DNA of 64,000 nucleotides from an uncultured Acidobacteriota bacterium (GCA_963700145.1 OY969474.1:3008001-3072000), one strand, 5' to 3'. Counted from the stretch's first letter, positions 34,966-46,430 are shown. Program-made: numbers and translations. The notes: a model not told the origin generated them from the letters alone.

Positions 34966-35394
34966 TCAGCGATCTTCGAGCCGATAGACGAAGCGGAGCC
35001 CCGACCAGACCTCGTCGACGGCGCAGACCTTGTTGTCGACGAGCCCGAGGTCGAGCCCGGCGCGCTGCACCGGCGCGAAGGCGAGGTCGGTGGGGACGCC
35101 GGCGCTCTTCTTCGGCCAGGCCACCCAGAGGGCGCCGCCGCGGTCGAGGGCGCGGGCGAGGGGAGCGAGGTGGCGGCCGAGGGCCGCGAGGTCGAGGGCG
35201 AAGAGGAGGACGAGGTCGAGCGGCGCTGCGCCGGCGCGCCGGCCGGGCGCCCCGTCGAGGCGCTCCACCCGCGCCCCCTCCGGCAGCGGCTCGAGAAGCC
35301 CCTCGAACCCCTCCGGCGCCCCCACCAGCGCCAGCCGCCCGCCGGGCTTCAGCCCCAGCTTCCGCGCCAGCGGCGTCCCCGAGTACCCGGCCAC
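34966..35394 (-). CDS. DUF3052-like protein
   Basis: AGYSGTPLARKLG, LWVAWPKK, GLVDNKVCAVDEVWSGLRF. Confidence 0.8.
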   Translation of the reverse strand: MAGYSGTPLARKLGLKPGGRLALVGAPEGFEGLLEPLPEGARVERLDGAPGRRAGAAPLDLVLLFALDLAALGRHLAPLARALDRGGALWVAWPKKSAGVPTDLAFAPVQRAGLDLGLVDNKVCAVDEVWSGLRFVYRLEDR

Positions 35395-35434
35395 CGGCGG
35401 GACGGTATCACCGGCGGTCGCTACAATCGGCCGC

Positions 35435-35875
35435 ATGAGCGACGACGCGCACGCCCCGACGATCTTCGACAAGATTCTGGCCGGGGAGATCCCCTGCCAT
35501 CGCGTCTACGAGGACGAGAAGGTCCTCGCCTTCCTCGACGTCGGCCCGCTGTCGGACGGGCACACGCTGGTGATCCCCAAGGAGCGGAAGGCACGGCTCG
35601 ATCAGCTCTCGGAGGAGTCGGCCGCGGCGATCGGGCGCGTCCTGCCGCGCCTCTGCCGCGCGGTCGTGCGGGCAACCGGCGCCACCGCCTACAACGTCCT
35701 CCAGAACAACGGCGCCGCGGCGCACCAGGCGGTGATGCACGTCCACTTCCACATCATCCCCAAGCACGGCGGCCGCGGCCTCGGCATCGGCTGGACCCCC
35801 GGCCGCCTCGACGACGCGACCGCCCGCGACCTCGTCGCCAAGATCCAGGCGGCGCTCGCGGAGGAGGCGGCTTGA
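35435..35875 (+). CDS. HIT family nucleotide hydrolase
   Basis: TIFDKILAGEIP, GHTLVIPK, HVHFHIIP triad. Confidence 0.93.
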   Translation: MSDDAHAPTIFDKILAGEIPCHRVYEDEKVLAFLDVGPLSDGHTLVIPKERKARLDQLSEESAAAIGRVLPRLCRAVVRATGATAYNVLQNNGAAAHQAVMHVHFHIIPKHGGRGLGIGWTPGRLDDATARDLVAKIQAALAEEAA

Positions 35876-36879
35876 AGGTCGTCGAGCTGCGGGCCTGGGG
35901 CCTCGAGAACCTGGTCCTCGCCGAGCGGCCGGAGCCGCAGCCCGGGGCGCGGCAGGTGGTGGTGCGGGTGCGCGCCGCGTCGCTCAACTACCGCGACCTG
36001 CTCCTCATCCGCGGCGCCTACAATCCGAAGCAGAAGCTCCCCGTCGTCCCGTGCTCGGACGGCGCCGGCGTCGTCGTCGCGGTCGGCGACGGGGTCACCC
36101 GCGTCCGCCCCGGCGACCGCGTCTGCCCGACGTTCCATCAGGCATGGCTCGCCGGCGAGCCCTCCCGCGAGCGCCTCCGCGCGTCCCTCGGCGGTCCGCT
36201 CGACGGCACGCTCGCCGAGTTCATGCTCCTCGACGAGGAGGGGCTCGTCGCGATCCCCGGGGACCTCAGCGACGAGCAGGCCGCCACCCTCCCCTGCGCC
36301 GCCGTCACCGCCTGGAACGCGCTGGTCACCGAAGGGGGCGTCGTCGCCGGCGACACCGTGCTCGTCCAGGGCACCGGCGGGGTCTCGATCTTCGCCCTCC
36401 AGCTCGGCGTCCTCCTGGGCGCGCGCGTCCTCGTCACCTCCAGCTCAGACGCCAAGCTCGCCCGCGCCAAGGAGCTCGGCGCATGGGAGCTGATCAACTA
36501 CAAGGAAATACCGGCCTGGGGCGTGCGAGCGCGAGAGCTGACCGGCGGGCGCGGCGTCGATCACGTCGTCGAGGTCGGCGGCGCCGGCACCTTCGAGCAG
36601 TCGCTCCAGGCGCTGCGCCCCGGCGGCACGCTGAGCCTGATCGGCGTCCTCGCCGGCGCCGCGCTCGAGCTGCGGCTGCCCGCGATCCAGATGCGCATGC
36701 TGCGCGTGCAGGGCCTCCTGGTCGGCCATCGCGACAGCTTCGAGGCGATGAACCGCGCCATCGCCCACCACGGCCTCCGCCCGGTCGTGGACCAGGTCTT
36801 CCCCCTCGCCGAAGCGCGCACCGCTTTCGAGCACCTCGCCTCCGGCGCCCACTTCGGCAAGGTGGTCGTCCGGATCTAG
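35872..36879 (+). CDS. MDR-family NAD(P)-dependent oxidoreductase
   Basis: SLNYRD, PCSDGAG, LPCAAVTAW, QGTGGVS, HFGKVV; TTG start overlapping the HIT stop. Confidence 0.9.
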   Translation: MKVVELRAWGLENLVLAERPEPQPGARQVVVRVRAASLNYRDLLLIRGAYNPKQKLPVVPCSDGAGVVVAVGDGVTRVRPGDRVCPTFHQAWLAGEPSRERLRASLGGPLDGTLAEFMLLDEEGLVAIPGDLSDEQAATLPCAAVTAWNALVTEGGVVAGDTVLVQGTGGVSIFALQLGVLLGARVLVTSSSDAKLARAKELGAWELINYKEIPAWGVRARELTGGRGVDHVVEVGGAGTFEQSLQALRPGGTLSLIGVLAGAALELRLPAIQMRMLRVQGLLVGHRDSFEAMNRAIAHHGLRPVVDQVFPLAEARTAFEHLASGAHFGKVVVRI

Positions 36880-36883
36880 AGCG

Positions 36884-37318
36884 TCAGCGGCAGGTCGAGC
36901 AGGCGCGGCAGAGGCGGCGGTTCAGGAGGTGGCCGGCGGCGAGGACCCCGGTGCCGGCGGTGACCAGCGCCGCCTCCCAGGGCTCGTGCGTGGCGAGCAG
37001 GCCGGCGGCGATCGCCGCCAGCGCCACGGCGAGGAGGAGCAGCACGCCGTGCCGGCGGTGGCGCCGGAAGCCCCAGCAGAGGCTGGCCGAGCCGAGGAGC
37101 GCGGAGGCGACGACCAGGAGGCGCTCGACCCCGTGGTCGAGACGAAACGCGGTCGAGGCGAGCGGCAGGAACGTGAGGACGAGCGGCATCGCCAGGCAGT
37201 GGAGGGCGCAGCCGAGGGCCAGCGCGGAGCTCCAGCGGCCGAGGCGGTCGACGGCCGCGGAGCCCGCGGGCGGGCTTTCAGCGGGGGCGAGGCCGATCGG
37301 CGCGGTTTGTGGGTGCAT
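36884..37318 (-). CDS. MerC-domain membrane protein
   Basis: DRLG...CALHCL motif, four TMs, terminal CRAC. Confidence 0.78.
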   Translation of the reverse strand: MHPQTAPIGLAPAESPPAGSAAVDRLGRWSSALALGCALHCLAMPLVLTFLPLASTAFRLDHGVERLLVVASALLGSASLCWGFRRHRRHGVLLLLAVALAAIAAGLLATHEPWEAALVTAGTGVLAAGHLLNRRLCRACSTCR

Positions 37319-37410
37319 GGAGCGATTGCCTGCGAAGCGCGGGGGCGCGATAGATACCCCAGGGCCCCCCGCGGCGTCAACCGGCCCCGGCGTAGCGATA
37401 GCATCGCGGC

Positions 37411-38385
37411 ATGCCCTCCCGCCCCCGCCGACGCCGGCGCCGGAGCGCCCGCGGCGGCGTCCTCTGGGTCCTCCTGGGCTTCCTGACCGCCGGTCTCGCC
37501 TCCTGGCTTTTCTTCAAGCGGCGGGAGGACGAGTGGGAGGGGTCTGGGGGCGGCGGGCCCCCCGCCGAGCCGCCGGACACGACCGAGCCCGCCGAGCGCG
37601 CCTTCTGGGTCGCCGGGCCGGCCGGGAACCTCCACGTCCTCGACGGGGGCGGCGGCGAGGGCGCGGCGGCCGGGCGCGCGCTGCCCGTCCTCTTCGTCCA
37701 CTCCCTGGCGGGGAACGGCGGCCAGTGGCGGGCGCAGCTCGACCACCTCCGCGCCGCCGGCCGCCGCGCCGTCGCGCTCGACCTGCGCGGCCACGGCGAG
37801 TCCGAGCCGGCCGAGGACGGCGACTACTCGATCGCCGGGCTGGCGGCGGACGTCGCCGCCGTCGCCGACCAGCTCGGCCTCCGCCGCTTCGTCCTCGCCG
37901 GCCACAGCCTGGGGTCGCTCGCGGCGATCGACTACGCCGGCCGCCACCCCGAGCGCGTCGCCGCGCTCTTCCTCGTCGATCCCAACGGCGACATGACCGA
38001 CACCCCGCGTTCGGACTTCGAGCCGTTCCTCGCCACGCTGCGCGCCGACCCGCACGCCGAGCTGACCTCTTATTACCGCCAGCTCGTCGTCCACGCTCCG
38101 CCCGCGGCCGCCGCGCGCGTCCTCGCCGGCGTCCGCGACACCGCCGAGGAGGCGATCCTCGGCGGCATCGAGGCCGCCTTCGCCTACCCGCCCCTCCCCG
38201 CCCTCGACGCCTACCCCGGCCCCAAGCTCTCCGTCGTCTCGGACCTGAACGACCTCCCCGTAAGCCTCCACAAGCGCCGCCCCGACCTCCCCACCCGCTG
38301 GATCCCCCACACCGGCCACTGGCTGCAGATGGACGCGCCCGAGGCCGTCAACCGGATCCTCGAGGAGCTCCTGGGCGCTCTGTAA
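37411..38385 (+). CDS. membrane-anchored alpha/beta hydrolase
   Basis: DLRGHGES, GHSLG nucleophile elbow, GHW; N-terminal TM. Confidence 0.88.
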   Translation: MPSRPRRRRRRSARGGVLWVLLGFLTAGLASWLFFKRREDEWEGSGGGGPPAEPPDTTEPAERAFWVAGPAGNLHVLDGGGGEGAAAGRALPVLFVHSLAGNGGQWRAQLDHLRAAGRRAVALDLRGHGESEPAEDGDYSIAGLAADVAAVADQLGLRRFVLAGHSLGSLAAIDYAGRHPERVAALFLVDPNGDMTDTPRSDFEPFLATLRADPHAELTSYYRQLVVHAPPAAAARVLAGVRDTAEEAILGGIEAAFAYPPLPALDAYPGPKLSVVSDLNDLPVSLHKRRPDLPTRWIPHTGHWLQMDAPEAVNRILEELLGAL

Positions 38386-38406
38386 CAACCCCCCGCGAGG
38401 CGCGTT
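38381..38406 (+). promoter_or_regulatory. putative autoregulatory ECF promoter
   Basis: TGTAAC-N16-CGTT, 6 nt before ECF ATG 38413. Confidence 0.55.
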
Positions 38407-38412
38407 CTAGGG

Positions 38413-38988
38413 ATGGAGACGAAAGGAGGGCCACCGGCCGTGATTGCCGCCGCCCACTCAGATTCGACGCCTCGGAGACCGCCGCTGCCGCTCGAGGCGC
38501 TGTTCCAGGAGCACCACGGCGCGGTCTACCGCGCCGCCTACCGCATCACCGGCGACGCGGCGGACGCCGAGGACGTGCTGCAGACCGTCTTCGTCCGCCT
38601 GCTCCGCCGCGAGGACGAGCTGGACCTCTCGGAGAGCGCTTCGAGCTACCTGCACCGCGCGGCGGTCAACGCCGCGCTCGACCTGCTGCGCTCGCGCCGG
38701 CGCTCGCGCGCCGTGGCGCTGGCCGAGGTCGAAGGCGCGCTCGAGGAGACCGACCCCGGCCCCGAGCGCAGCCGCGGCGGCCGCGAGCTCGCCGCGCGCC
38801 TCCGCGCCGCCCTGACCCGCCTACCACCGAAGAGCGCCGAGATCTTCACCCTGCGCTACTTCGAGGAGCGCAGCAACCTGGAAATCGCCCGCATGCTCGG
38901 CGTCTCGCAGACGTCGATCGCCGTGATCCTGCACCGCGCGCGCCACCGCCTCCGCAAGGAGCTGGCGTTTGAAGGAGGTTTGTCATGA
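38413..38988 (+). CDS. ECF sigma factor
   Basis: [10 protein letters not shown]; EIARMLGVS...LHRARHRL. Confidence 0.92.
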   Translation: METKGGPPAVIAAAHSDSTPRRPPLPLEALFQEHHGAVYRAAYRITGDAADAEDVLQTVFVRLLRREDELDLSESASSYLHRAAVNAALDLLRSRRRSRAVALAEVEGALEETDPGPERSRGGRELAARLRAALTRLPPKSAEIFTLRYFEERSNLEIARMLGVSQTSIAVILHRARHRLRKELAFEGGLS

Positions 38989-41693
38989 GCCGCACCCCGA
39001 AGATGGACGACGCCACGCTGGACCGGGCCATCGCCCTGGCCCGGAGCGAGGCCCCCGAGCCGGCGACGGTCGAGGCGGCCGCCGCCCGGGTCTGGGAGCG
39101 CCTGGCCAGCGGTACCGATACCGCCCCGGCCGCGCCGGCCGCGGTCCCCGTCAACGCCGGCCCGATCGAGTCGATCCGGGGCTGCGCCGACTTCACCAGC
39201 CTGATCCCGGCCTACGTCGCCGGCGGGCTCACGCCGGCGCGCGCCCTGCTGCTCGAGGACCACACCCGCGAGTGCCTGGCCTGCCGCCGCGCGCTCAAGG
39301 AAGCCAAGAGCGGTGCTCCGGCCGCCGACGCTCCCGCCGCCGGCTGGAGCGCCACCCGTCCGGCCGCCGCCCGGCGCCCGGTCGCGGCGTTCCGCACCCG
39401 CCCCGCCGCCCTCGCCCTCGCCGCGACGCTGGCACTGGTCGCCGGCGCCGGCCTCTTCGTCCTGCTCGCCGAGCTCTTCACCGGCGGCGCCGAGATGGCG
39501 CGCGTCGCCTCGGTCCAGGGCGACCTCTTCCGCGTCGAGGGCGCCGGCGTCGCGCCGGTCGCCGCCGGCGAGGCGGTCGGCGAAGGCGAGGAGCTGCGCA
39601 CCGCCAAGGGCTCGACCGCCCTCCTGCGGCTCGCCGACGGCTCCCTCATCGAGATGAACGAGCGCGCCAACCTCGCGCTCGACGCCGGCCTCTCCGGCAA
39701 CACCATCGAGCTGGCGCGCGGCCAGGTCATCGTCCGCGCCGCCAAGCAGCGGCCGCGCCACCTCTACGTCCAGAGCGGCGACGCCCTAGTCTCGGTCACC
39801 GGCACGATCTTCTCGGTCAACGCCGGCACCAAGGGCTCGCGCGTCTCCGTCATCGAGGGCGAGGTGCGCGTGGCGCAGGCGCGGAGCGACAGCGTCCTCC
39901 ACGCCGGCGACCAGATCGCCACCCACGCCAGCGTCGAGCGGGTGCCGCTGGCCGAGGAGATCGCCTGGAGCCGCGACCGCGACCGCTACCTCGCTCTGCT
40001 CGGCGAGCTGGGCGAGCTCGGCCGCGAGATCGACGCCCGCCTCGACTGGCCGGGCCTCCGCACCTCGACGCGCCTGCTCGACCTGGCGCCGGCCGACACG
40101 CGGATCTGGGTGGCGCTGCCGAACCTCGCCGCCAACCTGGCCGAGACGCAGCGCAGCCTCGACGCCCGCATCGCCGGCAGCGAGCTGCTGCAGCAGTGGT
40201 GGGAGCAGACGATGCGCTCGCCCGCGACCGAGGCGCGCTTCCGCGAGCTGCTCGGCCGGCTCGACGCGCTGGGGCGGCACCTCGGCCCCGAGGTGGCGGT
40301 GGCGGTGACCGAGGCCGGGCCGGTGGCCCTGGCCGAGGTCGTGAACCCCGCCGGCCTGCGCGCCGCGATCGCCGACGAGATGGCGCGGGCAACCGCCGAG
40401 AACGGCGAGCACGGCGAGCACGGTCTGACGATCGTCGACGACCCGGCCGCGGCGGCCGACGGCAAGGCCTCGGTCTGGATCGGCGAGGACGTCGTCGTCG
40501 CCAGCCCCGAGCCGGCCCTCCTCGCCGCGGTCGCGGCGGCGGCCGGCGGCGGCTCGGGCGCCTTCGCCGGCACCGAGTTCCACGGCCGTCTCGCCGAGGC
40601 CTACGCCGAGGGCGCCGGCTGGCTCTTCGGCGCCGACGCCAAGAAGCTCCTCCTGGGCCACGGGCCGCACGGCGACGGCGCCGACGGCGAGGCGCACGAG
40701 CGCCACGCCGAGGCGCTCGGTATCCTCGACATCGAGCACTTCGTCATCGACCACCGCGAGACCCCGGCCGGCGGTCAGACGATGGCCGCCCTCTCCTTCG
40801 ACCGCCCGCGGCGCGGCGTCGCCTCCTGGCTCGCCGCTCCGGGGCCGATGGGGAGCCTCGGCTTCGTCTCGCCGGAGGCGACCATCGCCGCCGCCTTCGT
40901 CGTCAAGGACCCGGCGACGATGCTCGACGAGATGCTCGCCGCCATCCCCGAGATGGGCGAGTCGCTCGCCAAGCTCAAGAGCGAGCACGGGCTCGACCTG
41001 CGCGAGGACCTGGCCGCGCCGCTCGGCGGCGAGGTGGCTTTCGCGGTGGACGGGCCGCTGCTGCCCAAGCCGTCGTGGAAGCTGATCGTCGAGGTCTACG
41101 ACCCGGCGCGCCTCCAGGCCACGCTCAAGCGCTTCGCCGCCGAGGTGGCGCAACGCGACGGGCAGCCGGGGATGACGCTCACCGAGGACGAGGCGGGCGG
41201 CCGCACCTGGTACACGCTGCGCTGCACCGAGCAGGGCTCGCCCTTCGAGGTCCACTACACCTACCTCGACGGGTACCTGGTGGCCGGCCCGAGCCGGGCG
41301 CTCGTCGAGCGGGCGCTGCTGCTCCGCGACTCGGAGACGACGCTGGTGACGAGCGCGGCCTTCCGCGAGCTGCTGCCCGCGGACGTCGAGGTCAACTTCT
41401 CGGCGCTGGTGTTCCACAACCTGGGGCCGGCGCTCGGCCCGGTGGCCAACCGGCTGCCTGCCATGCCCGGTGGCGCCGGCAAGGGGCCGGCGTCGGTGGC
41501 GGGCTTCATCGGCAGCCTTCGGCCCACCCTGGCCTACGCCTACGGCGAGGAGGACCGCATCCTCTTCGCCAGCTCCAGCCGCCCCTCGCCGCTCGGGCTC
41601 AACCTGAACGCGCTGGCCGGCTTCGGCGGCCTGTTCGGGATGATGAACGGCGCGGCGGGCCAGGCGGCGGCCGCCGAGGCCGAGGCCCGCTAG
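38985..41693 (+). CDS. zinc-finger/FecR anti-sigma factor with large extracytoplasmic domain
   Basis: HTRECLAC (HxxxCxxC), TM, FecR motifs ([21 protein letters not shown]), then ~550 aa DUF3352-like region. Confidence 0.8.
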   Translation: MSRTPKMDDATLDRAIALARSEAPEPATVEAAAARVWERLASGTDTAPAAPAAVPVNAGPIESIRGCADFTSLIPAYVAGGLTPARALLLEDHTRECLACRRALKEAKSGAPAADAPAAGWSATRPAAARRPVAAFRTRPAALALAATLALVAGAGLFVLLAELFTGGAEMARVASVQGDLFRVEGAGVAPVAAGEAVGEGEELRTAKGSTALLRLADGSLIEMNERANLALDAGLSGNTIELARGQVIVRAAKQRPRHLYVQSGDALVSVTGTIFSVNAGTKGSRVSVIEGEVRVAQARSDSVLHAGDQIATHASVERVPLAEEIAWSRDRDRYLALLGELGELGREIDARLDWPGLRTSTRLLDLAPADTRIWVALPNLAANLAETQRSLDARIAGSELLQQWWEQTMRSPATEARFRELLGRLDALGRHLGPEVAVAVTEAGPVALAEVVNPAGLRAAIADEMARATAENGEHGEHGLTIVDDPAAAADGKASVWIGEDVVVASPEPALLAAVAAAAGGGSGAFAGTEFHGRLAEAYAEGAGWLFGADAKKLLLGHGPHGDGADGEAHERHAEALGILDIEHFVIDHRETPAGGQTMAALSFDRPRRGVASWLAAPGPMGSLGFVSPEATIAAAFVVKDPATMLDEMLAAIPEMGESLAKLKSEHGLDLREDLAAPLGGEVAFAVDGPLLPKPSWKLIVEVYDPARLQATLKRFAAEVAQRDGQPGMTLTEDEAGGRTWYTLRCTEQGSPFEVHYTYLDGYLVAGPSRALVERALLLRDSETTLVTSAAFRELLPADVEVNFSALVFHNLGPALGPVANRLPAMPGGAGKGPASVAGFIGSLRPTLAYAYGEEDRILFASSSRPSPLGLNLNALAGFGGLFGMMNGAAGQAAAAEAEAR

Positions 41694-42676
41694 GTGGTCG
41701 CCGAGCCGCTCGCCGCCGCTCCTCCGGCCGCCCCCCCGGCCACCTCCCCGTCCTGGCGCTGGACGGGCTGGAGGTGGCCCTCGGCGGCCGGCCGATCCTC
41801 CTCGGTCTCTCGGGCAGCTTCTCCGGCCGCTGCATCGGTCTCCTCGGGCCGAACGGCGCCGGCAAGACGACGCTCCTCCACACTCTGCTCGGCTTCCACA
41901 AGCCGAGCCGCGGCACCGCCCGCATCTTCGGGCGCGACATCCGGAGCGAAGGGCGGGAGATCCGCCGCCTCATCGGCTACATGCCGGAGAACGACTCCTT
42001 CATCGCCGGCCTCTCCGGCGTCCGCTTCGTGCGGCTGATGGCCGAGCTCTCCGGGCTGCCGCCGTCGCAGGCCTTGGAGCGGGCGCACGAGGCGCTCTTC
42101 TACGTCGGCCTGGGCGAGGCGCGCTACCGCAAGACCGAGAGCTACTCGCAGGGGATGCGCCAGCTCGCCAAGCTGGCGCAGGCCCTCGTCCACGGCCCGC
42201 GCCTGCTGCTGCTCGACGAGCCGACCAACGCCCTCGACCCGCCGGCGCGCGAGCGGATGCTGAAGCTGGTCAAGGAGATCCGCGACCAGGGGAAGATCCA
42301 GATCGTCCTCTCCTCGCACCTGCTGCGCGACGTCGAGGAGTGCTGCGACGAGGTGCTGGTGCTCAAGGCGGGGCGGGTGGCCGTCTCCTGCGACCTCGAG
42401 GCCGAGCGGCGCGCCAACCGCCGCTTCCTCGAGCTGGAGCTGCGCGGCGACGACGCCGACTTCGCCGCCGCGGCCTCGGAGCTGGGCTGCGAGGCGGCGG
42501 CGACCGGCACCCTCGGCCGCCAGCGCCTCAAGCTCGTGCTCCCTGACGGCATCGAGGTGGCCGACCTCTACCGTCTCGCCGACGCGCGCGGCGTGCAGAT
42601 CCGCCGCCTCAGCCACCGGCGCGACTCCTTGGAAGACATCTTCTTGAAGGCGATGGAGAACGGGGTGGAGAACTGA
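41694..42676 (+). CDS. ABC-2-type ATP-binding protein (apparent 1-nt frameshift near 41749)
   Basis: [20 protein letters not shown]; the GTG 41694 frame joins the ATPase frame if one C is added in the C run. Confidence 0.85.
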
Positions 42677-42677
42677 C

Positions 42678-43535
42678 ATGGCGGTCTACGAGCGCACCTA
42701 CCGTCCTTACGCCGGCGGCTTCACCCCCGAGCGGCGCCGCTTCCTGGTGCTGCCGCGCTACGCCTACGGGGAGGTCTTCCGCTCGAAGCTCTTCCTCATC
42801 TTCTTCGTCCTCTGCTTCATCCCGCACCTCGCTGGCGCGGTGCTCATCTACCTGCGCCACAACGCCTCGGCACTCAAGTTCCTGGACCTCTCGGCGGCGC
42901 AGCTGCTGACGATCGACGGCTCGTTTTTCTTCAACCTGATGGGGATCGAGGCGACGATGTGCTTCCTGCTCTCGCTCTTCGTCGGCCCGGCCCTGGTCGC
43001 CCCCGACCTGCGCAACGGCGCCCTGCCGCTCTACCTCTCGCGTCCGTTCACCCGGCGCGAGTACGTGCTCGGCAAGCTCTCGGTCCTGGCGCTCCTGCTC
43101 TCGGCGATCACCTGGGTGCCGCTGCTCCTGCTCTTCACCCTCCAGGCCTCGCTCGAGGACGGGTGGCTGGCGGCCAACGGCCGCGTCGGCTGGGCGATCT
43201 TCGCCGGCTCCTGGGCGTGGGTCCTGGTGCTCTCGCTCATCGCGCTCGCGGTCTCGGCGTGGGTCAAGTGGAAGCCGGTCGCGCGGATCGTGCTGCTCGT
43301 CGTCTTCTTCGTCCTCGCCGGCTTCGGCGCGGCGATCAACGAGATCCTCGACACCACCTGGGGGAGCCTGCTCAACCTGGGCGAGCTGATCCGCGCCGTC
43401 TGGGCCGGCCTCTTCGGCATCGACGTCCGCGTGCGCCTGGAGCCCGGCCCGGCCTGGATCGCGCTGGCCGCCGTCTGCGCCGTCTCGCTGGTCCTCCTCG
43501 CCCGCCGCATCAAGGCCTACGAGGTGGTACGGTGA
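42678..43535 (+). CDS. ABC-2-type permease
   Basis: Six TMs, LYLSRP..R.EYVLGK. Confidence 0.85.
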   Translation: MAVYERTYRPYAGGFTPERRRFLVLPRYAYGEVFRSKLFLIFFVLCFIPHLAGAVLIYLRHNASALKFLDLSAAQLLTIDGSFFFNLMGIEATMCFLLSLFVGPALVAPDLRNGALPLYLSRPFTRREYVLGKLSVLALLLSAITWVPLLLLFTLQASLEDGWLAANGRVGWAIFAGSWAWVLVLSLIALAVSAWVKWKPVARIVLLVVFFVLAGFGAAINEILDTTWGSLLNLGELIRAVWAGLFGIDVRVRLEPGPAWIALAAVCAVSLVLLARRIKAYEVVR

Positions 43536-44542
43536 GCGTCGCCGACGTGACTACCGCCATCCCCGTCCCGGCCGCCGACACCGCGGGCGCCGCCGCCGCC
43601 GCGACCTCGCGCCGCATCCTCTTCGACGAGGTCTCCAAGTTCTACGGCGAAGTGCTGGGGATCAACCGCGTCAACCTGGCGATCCCCCCCGGCATCACCA
43701 GCCTGGTCGGCCCGAACGGCTCGGGCAAGACGACGCTGATGAACCTGACGGCCGGCCTGCTGCGCCCGACGCGCGGGCGGGTGAGCGTCCTCGGTCTGGT
43801 CCCCGAGCGGCCGGAGGAGATGTTCCGCACCATCGGCTACGCCACCCAGCACGACGCCTTCCCGCCGGGGCTGACCGGCTTCGAGCTCATCGCCTCCTAC
43901 CTGCGGGTGCACGGCTATCCCCGCGCCGACGCCGAGACGCTGGCCTGGGCGGCGATCGAGCGGGTCGGGCTGGCCGACGCCGCCGGCCGCAAGGTCGCGG
44001 CCTACAGCAAGGGGATGCGGCAGCGCATCAAGCTGGCGCAGGCGATGGCGCACCGGCCGTCGGTGCTGATCCTCGACGAGCCGCTCAACGGCCTCGACCC
44101 GATGGCGCGCGCCGAGATGACGGTGCTCTTCCGCGAGCTGGCGTCGGCGGGGCTGCACGTCGTCGTCTCGACCCACATCCTGCACGAGGTGGACCGCATC
44201 TCCGACCAGGTGGTGCTCCTCAACGGCGGCTACGTGGTGGCCGAAGGCGAGATCGAGGGGGTGCGCGACGAGATGGAGGAGCACCCGGTGCAGGTCGCCG
44301 TCCTCTGCGACCGGCCGCAGCTCCTCGCCTCGCGCCTCTTCCTGGCCGACCACGTCGTCGAGGCCAAGCTCGAGCGCGGCGTCCTCCTGGTGCGGACGCG
44401 CGACGCCGACCGCTTCTACCTCCTCCTGAACCGCGTGGTGCTCGAGGAGGGGGTGCGCGTCGAGTCGGTCGCGCCGGCCGACAGCGACGTGCTGGCCGTC
44501 TACCACTACCTGATTGGCGGCCAGGAAGGAGTGCAGCGATGA
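43532..44542 (+). CDS. ABC ATP-binding protein
   Basis: [25 protein letters not shown]; GTG 43532 overlaps the upstream stop. Confidence 0.92.
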   Translation: MSVADVTTAIPVPAADTAGAAAAATSRRILFDEVSKFYGEVLGINRVNLAIPPGITSLVGPNGSGKTTLMNLTAGLLRPTRGRVSVLGLVPERPEEMFRTIGYATQHDAFPPGLTGFELIASYLRVHGYPRADAETLAWAAIERVGLADAAGRKVAAYSKGMRQRIKLAQAMAHRPSVLILDEPLNGLDPMARAEMTVLFRELASAGLHVVVSTHILHEVDRISDQVVLLNGGYVVAEGEIEGVRDEMEEHPVQVAVLCDRPQLLASRLFLADHVVEAKLERGVLLVRTRDADRFYLLLNRVVLEEGVRVESVAPADSDVLAVYHYLIGGQEGVQR

Positions 44543-45414
44543 GCGTGCTCGAACGGGCCTCGGCCCTGGACGCGGCGGCGGTGCCGCCCCTCCCCGCCCC
44601 CTCCTGGGGTCTCTGGCGGCGGCAGCTCGCGGCGGCCGTGCGCCTGGAGCTCAAGAAGGGGTTCCGCGGCCGGCGCGTGCTGGGGGTGGTCCTGCTGGCG
44701 GCGATGCCGGTGACGCTCTTCGCCCTGCACGCCCTCTTCAACTCCCCCGACGACCCGGCGAACGTCAGCGACGTGGGCTGGGTCTTCGCCCGCCTCTACC
44801 AGGCCTTCATCCTGCGGTTGGTGCTCTTCTTCGGCTGCGTCCTGGTCTTCGGGAACCTCATCCGGCGCGAGCTCCTGGACCGCAGCCTGCACTTCTACTT
44901 CCTGTCGCCGGTGAGGCGCCCGCTGTTGGCCGCCGCCAAGTACCTGACCGGCCTCGTCGTCACGCTGAGCGTCTTCGGCGCCGCCACCGTCGCGTCGTTC
45001 TTTCTCGCCTACGCCGCCCACGACGGCGCCGCGGTGCGCCGCTTCATCTTCGACGGCCCCGGCCTCGGCCACCTCGGCGCCTACCTCGGCGTCACCGCTC
45101 TCGCCTGCCTCGGCTACGGCGCCGTCTTCCTCGCCGCCGGCTTCTTCACCAAGAGCCCGGCGCTGCCGGCGGTGACCGTCTTCGGCTGGGAGAACCTGCA
45201 CTTCCTGCTCCCGCCGGCGCTCAAGAAGATCTCGGTCATCCACTACCTCCAGGGGTTGTGCCCGGTGCCGATCTCGCAGGGCCCCCTGGCGATCCTCGCC
45301 GACGCCCCCTCCCCCTGGGTCGCCGTCCCCGGCCTCCTCGGGCTGACGCTGGTGCTCCTCTTCCTCTCGGCCTGGAAGATCCGGCGGATGGAGATTCTCT
45401 ACACCGAGGACTGA
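44539..45414 (+). CDS. ABC-2-type permease
   Basis: Six TMs, FLSPVRR..L..AK. Confidence 0.83.
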   Translation: MSVLERASALDAAAVPPLPAPSWGLWRRQLAAAVRLELKKGFRGRRVLGVVLLAAMPVTLFALHALFNSPDDPANVSDVGWVFARLYQAFILRLVLFFGCVLVFGNLIRRELLDRSLHFYFLSPVRRPLLAAAKYLTGLVVTLSVFGAATVASFFLAYAAHDGAAVRRFIFDGPGLGHLGAYLGVTALACLGYGAVFLAAGFFTKSPALPAVTVFGWENLHFLLPPALKKISVIHYLQGLCPVPISQGPLAILADAPSPWVAVPGLLGLTLVLLFLSAWKIRRMEILYTED

Positions 45415-45443
45415 GCCTCGGCGCCCATCTTCGCTGCCTTGGC

Positions 45444-45848
45444 TCAGGGCGCACCCGGGTCCGTCCAGGCCAACCCTTCGACGTGCTTGAAGTGGGGATC
45501 GGAGGACATGAGCTCGGCTCCGGTTTCCATGGCATGGGCGGCGAGCCACATGTCGTTGGTGGGGATTGGCGTGCCGCGGCGGCGCAGGGCGGCGTAGATC
45601 CGACTGTAGCGCTCAGCGGTGACCCAGGTCACAGGCAGCAGGTGAACCCGCGGCTGCGCAAGAAAGCGTTGCAGGTCAGCGAAGTTCTCCTGGAAGCGTG
45701 TTCCACGGCGGAAGCCTCCCATCAGCTCGCCAGCCACGACCGCGGAGACCAGCACGGCTTCGGCCTCGCGGACCCGATGAGAGATCGGCGAGTGTCCTCG
45801 CGCCAGATCGGAGTAGGCGTTGGTGTCGAGGAGGATCTTCACCTCCAC
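45444..45848 (-). CDS. vapC: VapC PIN-domain toxin
   Basis: ILLDTN, VAGEL, PIPTNDMWLAA, SSDPHF. Confidence 0.92.
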   Translation of the reverse strand: MEVKILLDTNAYSDLARGHSPISHRVREAEAVLVSAVVAGELMGGFRRGTRFQENFADLQRFLAQPRVHLLPVTWVTAERYSRIYAALRRRGTPIPTNDMWLAAHAMETGAELMSSDPHFKHVEGLAWTDPGAP

Positions 45849-46102
45849 AGGTCCTGGTCGACCATTTCGAAGTCGGCGACCGCTTGCTCGAGCTCCCTGG
45901 CCTGCTCATCCGTCCATGAACCGATGAACCAGTCCAAGGAGTCTCCGATCCCCTGACGGGGCCGATCCGGCTCGTCGATGTGCGCCCCTTTGCGCAGTAG
46001 CCGCACCGCTGCCTGGTTCTGTGAGATGCCTTCCCGCCGAGCCAGCTCCTCGATCTCGCGGGCCAGCGCATCGTCGTAGCGAATCGTCAGTTGACGCGGC
46101 AT
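45839..46102 (-). CDS. VapB-type ribbon-helix-helix antitoxin
   Basis: QLTIR..D..L...IEELARREGISQN; overlaps the vapC start. Confidence 0.8.
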   Translation of the reverse strand: MPRQLTIRYDDALAREIEELARREGISQNQAAVRLLRKGAHIDEPDRPRQGIGDSLDWFIGSWTDEQARELEQAVADFEMVDQDLWR

Positions 46103-46199
46103 GGTGCGTTCCCCCGTCGCTTCAGCCTAGAGGTCCGCTGCGAGTGAGTCAAGAGTTGAGGCGTCCTGAGTCATCGGGTGGATCGTGTGTGCTCGGCGT

Positions 46200-46430
46200 C
46201 CGAGACAAGTCTCCGAGCCCCGGAGATAGATCTCGGGCAGTCCAAGATAGATCTTAAGCTATAGGAGATTCATCTTCCGGTCCCGGAGATAGATCTCCGT
46301 GCATGGAAGATTGATCTCGGGCTGCCGGAGATAGATCTCGGACCCCTGGAGATAGATCTCGGAGCCTCCAAGATCTATCCCGGAGTCCCCGAGATAAATC
46401 TCGAGGTCCCCGGGATAAGTCTCCAGGGGC
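46200..46430. repeat. 11 x 21-bp degenerate tandem array with palindromic core GAGAT-NN-ATCTC
   Basis: Units such as CGGAGATAGATCTCGGGCAGT, CCAAGATAGATCTTAAGCTAT, CGGAGATAGATCTCCGTGCAT. Confidence 0.88.

Noticed and set aside
36884-37318. Mercury resistance operon
   Set aside because: Lone MerC-domain gene with no merA, merR or merP.
41694-41760. Programmed frameshift in the ABC ATPase
   Set aside because: A single missing C in a homopolymer is more simply a sequencing error; no slippery heptamer with stimulator seen.
46200-46430. CRISPR array
   Set aside because: Period is only 21 bp with 9-nt variable parts and degenerate repeats; no cas genes in the window.
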